DNA from: Acidobacteriota bacterium
Lineage (GTDB): Bacteria; Acidobacteriota; Thermoanaerobaculia; Multivoradales; JAHEKO01
Direction: 5' to 3'
DNA length: 63,183 nucleotides
NCBI GenBank assembly: GCA_022561975.1
Contig: JADFQD010000003.1
Span: forward strand, 1-63,183
Below, in pieces: positions 59,716-63,183 of this stretch. Each line of letters opens with the position of its first letter. The first letter of the stretch is position 1. Position numbers and translations under genes: made by a program. The notes under the pieces were generated by a model. That model was not told where the DNA came from. It did no database searches and saw only the letters and a program-made list of their open reading frames with translations.

Positions 59716-62163
59716 CTACTCGAGGCGGAGTTCACGCCGGAGCACGGAGAAATCGAAGGCCGCACCGCCCGCCGAGCGCTGCTCGCGATTCTCCATGTCC
59801 TTGAGCAGGACATCGACGGCAGCCTTTCCCTGCGCCGTCCGCACCGCTTCGCGGGGGGTCTTGCCGTCCAGCGCCGGCAGCGGCTGGTCGGCCCAGTCCG
59901 CGTAGTGACGCTGCTTGAACTTGAGCAGGAGCTGCTCCACCTCGGGCCCGGTTGGCCCCGGGGCCGGATCGCGCTCTGCGGGCGCCGCTTTGGCCGAGAG
60001 CGGATCCGTGTGTTCCCGGGCTCGGTGCCGGATCAGGTCGCCGCACGCGTTCTCGACCCGCTCGCGCAGCGCGTCCGCACGCACGCGCGAGTTGGTCTCG
60101 AGCTGCAATGCCGTGTCGGACAGCCGCGCGTGGCCGACCACCGTATTGTCCCAGTCTGCGTGTTGCGCATTGCCGGGCCGCAGGAAGACATAGACCGCCC
60201 TATCCTCGCCGGCCTCCTGCGGCTCCGCACCTTCCAACGCGGCGAGCCGAGCTTCGACTTCGGACCGGGCCCCGGCCACGACCTCGAAGTGATCCGTGGT
60301 GAGAAGAAGGGGGTCGCCATCTGTGTTGACGAGCGTGGGCGGGGTCTTGTGCGCCGCGTCCAGCTCCTCGACGGCCTCCTCCCAGCGGCGGATCAGGTAG
60401 CGGCCGAAGGGCTCGGCGCGGAGCCTCTCGACCGGCACCGCGCGCTTGCGCCGCAGCCTCCCCCGTGCACGCCGGACGACCTCGGCCGCTTCAAAGGGAG
60501 GCAGCGGACGCGGATGCACACCGCAGAGCAGGGAGAAGCCATCGTGGTCAGCCACCCGTGCCAGCAGTGCGTCGCGCACCACGAGCGTCCGCGAGCCGCT
60601 CTCCTCGTGAACCGAGCGCGTCTCGCCGGAGAGCAGGTCGTGCAGCGTCACCGTCTTTCCGGGATCGACCTCGGTCACCTCCCACACCGAGAGCCAGGCG
60701 GCCTGCTGGGTGGTGAACCACGCGCGCTCCGCGCGCGACAGGCGCCGGCCCTGGTCCTCGAGGTAGTGGTCGAGTACGGTCGCGCCCTCGATGCGGTAGT
60801 GGTAGACCGACCAGGGGGCCGAGAACTGGACGACCAGCGCTGCGTCGGTGAAGTCTTTCGTGAAGCCGCGCGCCGCGAGGCCGAAGCGCGCCACGGCGAA
60901 CTCCGTCAGCCTACGGACCAGGGACGCGTCGAGTTCGTGAAGCGAGTCACACTCGCGCCGGGTGAAGTGCTCCTCCCTGTCAAGGGGTAGGTGGCACTTC
61001 TTGTACTTGCGGCCGCTGCCGCAGGGGCACGGGTCGTTGCGGCCCACCTTGGCTCGCTCGCGCTCGGTGGCCGGCGCGGGCGCGTGCGCCGCCGGATCGG
61101 CCTCGATCTTGAACTCCGGAAAAGCCTCGTAGGGCAGAGTGAAGCGCACCTCGAGATCGTTTTCGTCGAAGTACGACTCGCAAACGGGCTCGAAGTCGTC
61201 GGCCTCGAACAGACGGCGGTGCTTGACGAAGAAGGTGCAGAGCGAGGTGGCGCAAGCCGTCGCGATCTCGACGTCCCGGTCCACGAGCGGCCGCACCGCA
61301 CCGTCCCGCTCCCAGCGCTCCACAGTCGGGTAGGCTTCCGCATTCGCGATGGGCCAACCGTATTTTGCCACCTCGCGCCGAATCGACGCGGGCAGATCCG
61401 TCCCGCGCTCGAAGCAGAGAGCGAGCCACCCCGTGCCCAAGTCGGTGGCCAAGTCCATGGCACCGCGTGCCTGTTCCGGGTATTCTGGGTGTTCTCGGTG
61501 CTCCGCCGCCGCGGCCGCTTTCCAGAAGGCCTCGTAGCCCTCGAGAGCGGGAAAGATCAGAAAGCCCAGCTTCTCGCCGAGCGCGCCGATGATCGAGACG
61601 CACGCCCCGTCTACGCCCAGCGCCGGAATGTCCATCCTCAGCACCTGATCGTCGTCGGCCACCTCCCACGGCTTCATGGTGTACAGGAGTCGTGCCGCCG
61701 AGAAGAGACCGGCCACGGCCTCCGGGGAGACGCGACCGCCTTCGAGATAGCTCGCCTCCTCCTCGCCTCTGGACATCTCGCTGGACATGATCTCGAGGAG
61801 TTCGTCCAGTTCGGGCGTCGGCGCCACCTCGATCAGAATCCCGTCACCCACAGCTTTCCGGACCTCCTGCGTGAGGGAAGCATCCGCCAGGCGGATGCGC
61901 GCGGGCCGCCGCGGGGCTCCCACCAGAGGTTCCTCCATGGCGGTGAGGAGCGTGCGGCCGACGGCACCCGCCGTGGCTTCCGGCGCCACTACCTCGTGAC
62001 CCACCACCAGTCGATCCGGCATCTCCATCCACACGATCAGCGCCGGGTAGTAGGGTTCGTCGCGGTCCGTGACGACAAAAGGTGCCGTCAGAAGGCCTCC
62101 GATCCACTCCAGACCAGCACCGCCGCGCCGGCGCGCGCGCCGACTTCGCGTTCGACGTTTCAT
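59716..62163 (-). CDS. 815-aa SEC-C-motif protein of unknown function
   Basis: GGGAGGAG before the ATG. Arg-rich N-terminus. Internal SEC-C zinc motif [16 protein letters not shown] (aa 375-391, nt 60991-61041). High GC3 throughout. Confidence 0.85.
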   Translation of the reverse strand: MKRRTRSRRARRRGGAGLEWIGGLLTAPFVVTDRDEPYYPALIVWMEMPDRLVVGHEVVAPEATAGAVGRTLLTAMEEPLVGAPRRPARIRLADASLTQEVRKAVGDGILIEVAPTPELDELLEIMSSEMSRGEEEASYLEGGRVSPEAVAGLFSAARLLYTMKPWEVADDDQVLRMDIPALGVDGACVSIIGALGEKLGFLIFPALEGYEAFWKAAAAAEHREHPEYPEQARGAMDLATDLGTGWLALCFERGTDLPASIRREVAKYGWPIANAEAYPTVERWERDGAVRPLVDRDVEIATACATSLCTFFVKHRRLFEADDFEPVCESYFDENDLEVRFTLPYEAFPEFKIEADPAAHAPAPATERERAKVGRNDPCPCGSGRKYKKCHLPLDREEHFTRRECDSLHELDASLVRRLTEFAVARFGLAARGFTKDFTDAALVVQFSAPWSVYHYRIEGATVLDHYLEDQGRRLSRAERAWFTTQQAAWLSVWEVTEVDPGKTVTLHDLLSGETRSVHEESGSRTLVVRDALLARVADHDGFSLLCGVHPRPLPPFEAAEVVRRARGRLRRKRAVPVERLRAEPFGRYLIRRWEEAVEELDAAHKTPPTLVNTDGDPLLLTTDHFEVVAGARSEVEARLAALEGAEPQEAGEDRAVYVFLRPGNAQHADWDNTVVGHARLSDTALQLETNSRVRADALRERVENACGDLIRHRAREHTDPLSAKAAPAERDPAPGPTGPEVEQLLLKFKQRHYADWADQPLPALDGKTPREAVRTAQGKAAVDVLLKDMENREQRSAGGAAFDFSVLRRELRLE

Positions 62164-62315
62164 GCGCTACCCATCTCCTCCCGGAGGCTAGCATCGAGAG
62201 CAATCCCAGGGGAGATGTGGCAGCCGCATCTCGACAGCCAGCTATGAACTGCTCTCTGTCGCGGATTCGGACCGCTTTTCTTGGGCAGACCCCAGGACAG
62301 CGCGCTCGTCGCTCC

Positions 62316-62831
62316 TCAGTGCTTCCATGGCCCGCCGGCGGGCCACCTCTTGTCGAAGGCGTCACGAGTGGCCAGGGCCAGCAAGACGAGCTCTACGAAG
62401 TTCCTTACTTGTTGGACGACGGCGCTCAACTCCTCACGGGGAAGGTCGGCCCGACGCTGGAATGCATACCACTGAGCCTGCTTGTCGGCGTCCGCTGCAA
62501 ACTCCGGCTCCAGTGCCTCGATGCGGCCCTCAGGCACCGGCGTGTCCCGCCGTCGAAGCGTCGCCTCGAGGGCTTCTTGGAGCCTCGTTCCGTCGAACTC
62601 ATAGGTCTGAGCGAGATAGGAGACATCGAAGTAGTCCTTCAGCCTGCTGTTGAGCAGGCCTAGCTCGATCATGGCCTGTGTCTTCTCAGCCACGACTGCC
62701 TCTCTCGGATAGGCCAAGACCTTCGGAGCCGGAAAGTCCAGGAGCGTCGGGTACTCTCCACGCCTCCGCGCCACCCGCAAGAGACGTGCGTGTACCGAAG
62801 CCGGCAGGTTGCGAATCTCTCTAGGGGTCAC
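62316..62831 (-). pseudogene. AbiEii/AbiGii-family nucleotidyltransferase toxin remnant (in-frame loss of the catalytic core)
   Basis: GTG start in a GTGA overlap with the AbiEi stop. N-terminal ASVHARLLRVARRRGE runs directly into YPTLLDFPAPKVLAYPREAVVAEKTQAMIELGLLNSRLKDYFD. 171 aa versus the roughly 250-300 aa I expect for the family. Confidence 0.6.
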
Positions 62832-63183
62832 AGAAGGGCCTCCACGTAGGGGCGGATCACCCGATCCACGCGGCAAACGCGTGCCGCTTCCCGCAGGTCC
62901 GGAATGCGGAATCGGCGGTCTTGCCAACCCTCACGTAGGGCTTCCACCGCGACATCCAGGCCCACCTTGTTTCGGTACTTGAAGCAGTCGGCCACCGTCT
63001 TGGCAGTCGAGGTCACCGGCAGATCTATGCCCTCGACCCGATGCCGCTCCACGCCGTGTCGCAGAGCGTCCTCGGAGAAGCGGACGACGCGGATGGCGAC
63101 CTGCGAGACCTTCGGGTGACGGGCCTTGCTGCCGACCGCGATCCACACGCGGTGCGGAAGCTGTGTGCCAATGCCATGGAAGG
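62828..63183 (-). CDS. AbiEi-family type IV antitoxin, C-terminal part (5' end beyond the window)
   Basis: Frame stays open to the window edge (..FHGIGTQLPHRVWIAVGSK..). Motifs VTSTAKTVADCFKYRNKVGLDVAVEAL and RVCRVDRVIRPYVEAL. Confidence 0.7.
   Translation of the reverse strand, partial: FHGIGTQLPHRVWIAVGSKARHPKVSQVAIRVVRFSEDALRHGVERHRVEGIDLPVTSTAKTVADCFKYRNKVGLDVAVEALREGWQDRRFRIPDLREAARVCRVDRVIRPYVEALL

Noticed and set aside
1-63183. Search for CRISPR arrays, tRNA/rRNA genes, integrases, transposases, reverse transcriptases and prophage blocks.
   Set aside because: I saw no repeat-spacer periodicity, no T-arm/anticodon-arm candidates in the intergenic gaps (the 45711-45730 GTTCGAAAC segment does not fold as a tRNA), and no matching ORFs.

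Overview
63.2-kb high-GC segment (roughly 65% by eye; GC3 about 85% in most genes) from a diderm bacterium, judged from outer-membrane barrels, lipoproteins and TolB/PQQ propellers. The taxon cannot be assigned from the sequence alone. I call about 52 protein genes, 2 decayed toxin genes, 1 candidate structured RNA, 1 long inverted repeat and a few promoters and terminators. I recognised no rRNA, tRNA, CRISPR array, transposase or integrase. Gene content: secreted and periplasmic enzymes (GGT, GH2, BNR/sortilin-like, DUF885, carboxylesterase); arsR-arsM; many transporters (aquaporin, PhnCDE-type ABC, SSF symporter, CaCA antiporter, MsbA-like exporter, TAXI-TRAP, YbbA/YbbP-like ABC); wax-ester genes (fatty acyl reductase, WS/DGAT); and signalling genes. 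Best leads: (1) 40.2-45.6 kb holds a compositionally atypical cassette. A PilZ-fused PhcB-like methyltransferase sits divergent from a TM-HK-REC-HK protein that looks like PhcS and PhcR fused. Next to it is a sensor-less sigma54-type activator whose GAFTGA loop reads GAATGV. (2) 22.7-27.9 kb is a five-gene translationally coupled operon: di-haem peroxidase-like protein with an unplaced N-domain, PhnD, PhnC, PhnE and an OM barrel, adjacent to arsRM. (3) 35.2-35.4 kb is a gene-free structured element with three GGAGGTG repeats and a strong terminator. (4) 31.46-31.52 kb is a 23-bp near-perfect inverted repeat in a divergent promoter region. (5) 57-63 kb is an accessory patch. It contains a low-GC3 pRiA4b-ORF3-like gene splitting a ybbA/ybbP-like operon, a RelE pair, an 815-aa SEC-C protein and an AbiE module whose toxin has lost its catalytic core in frame. 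All domain calls come from motif recognition by eye. No searches or folding programs were run.
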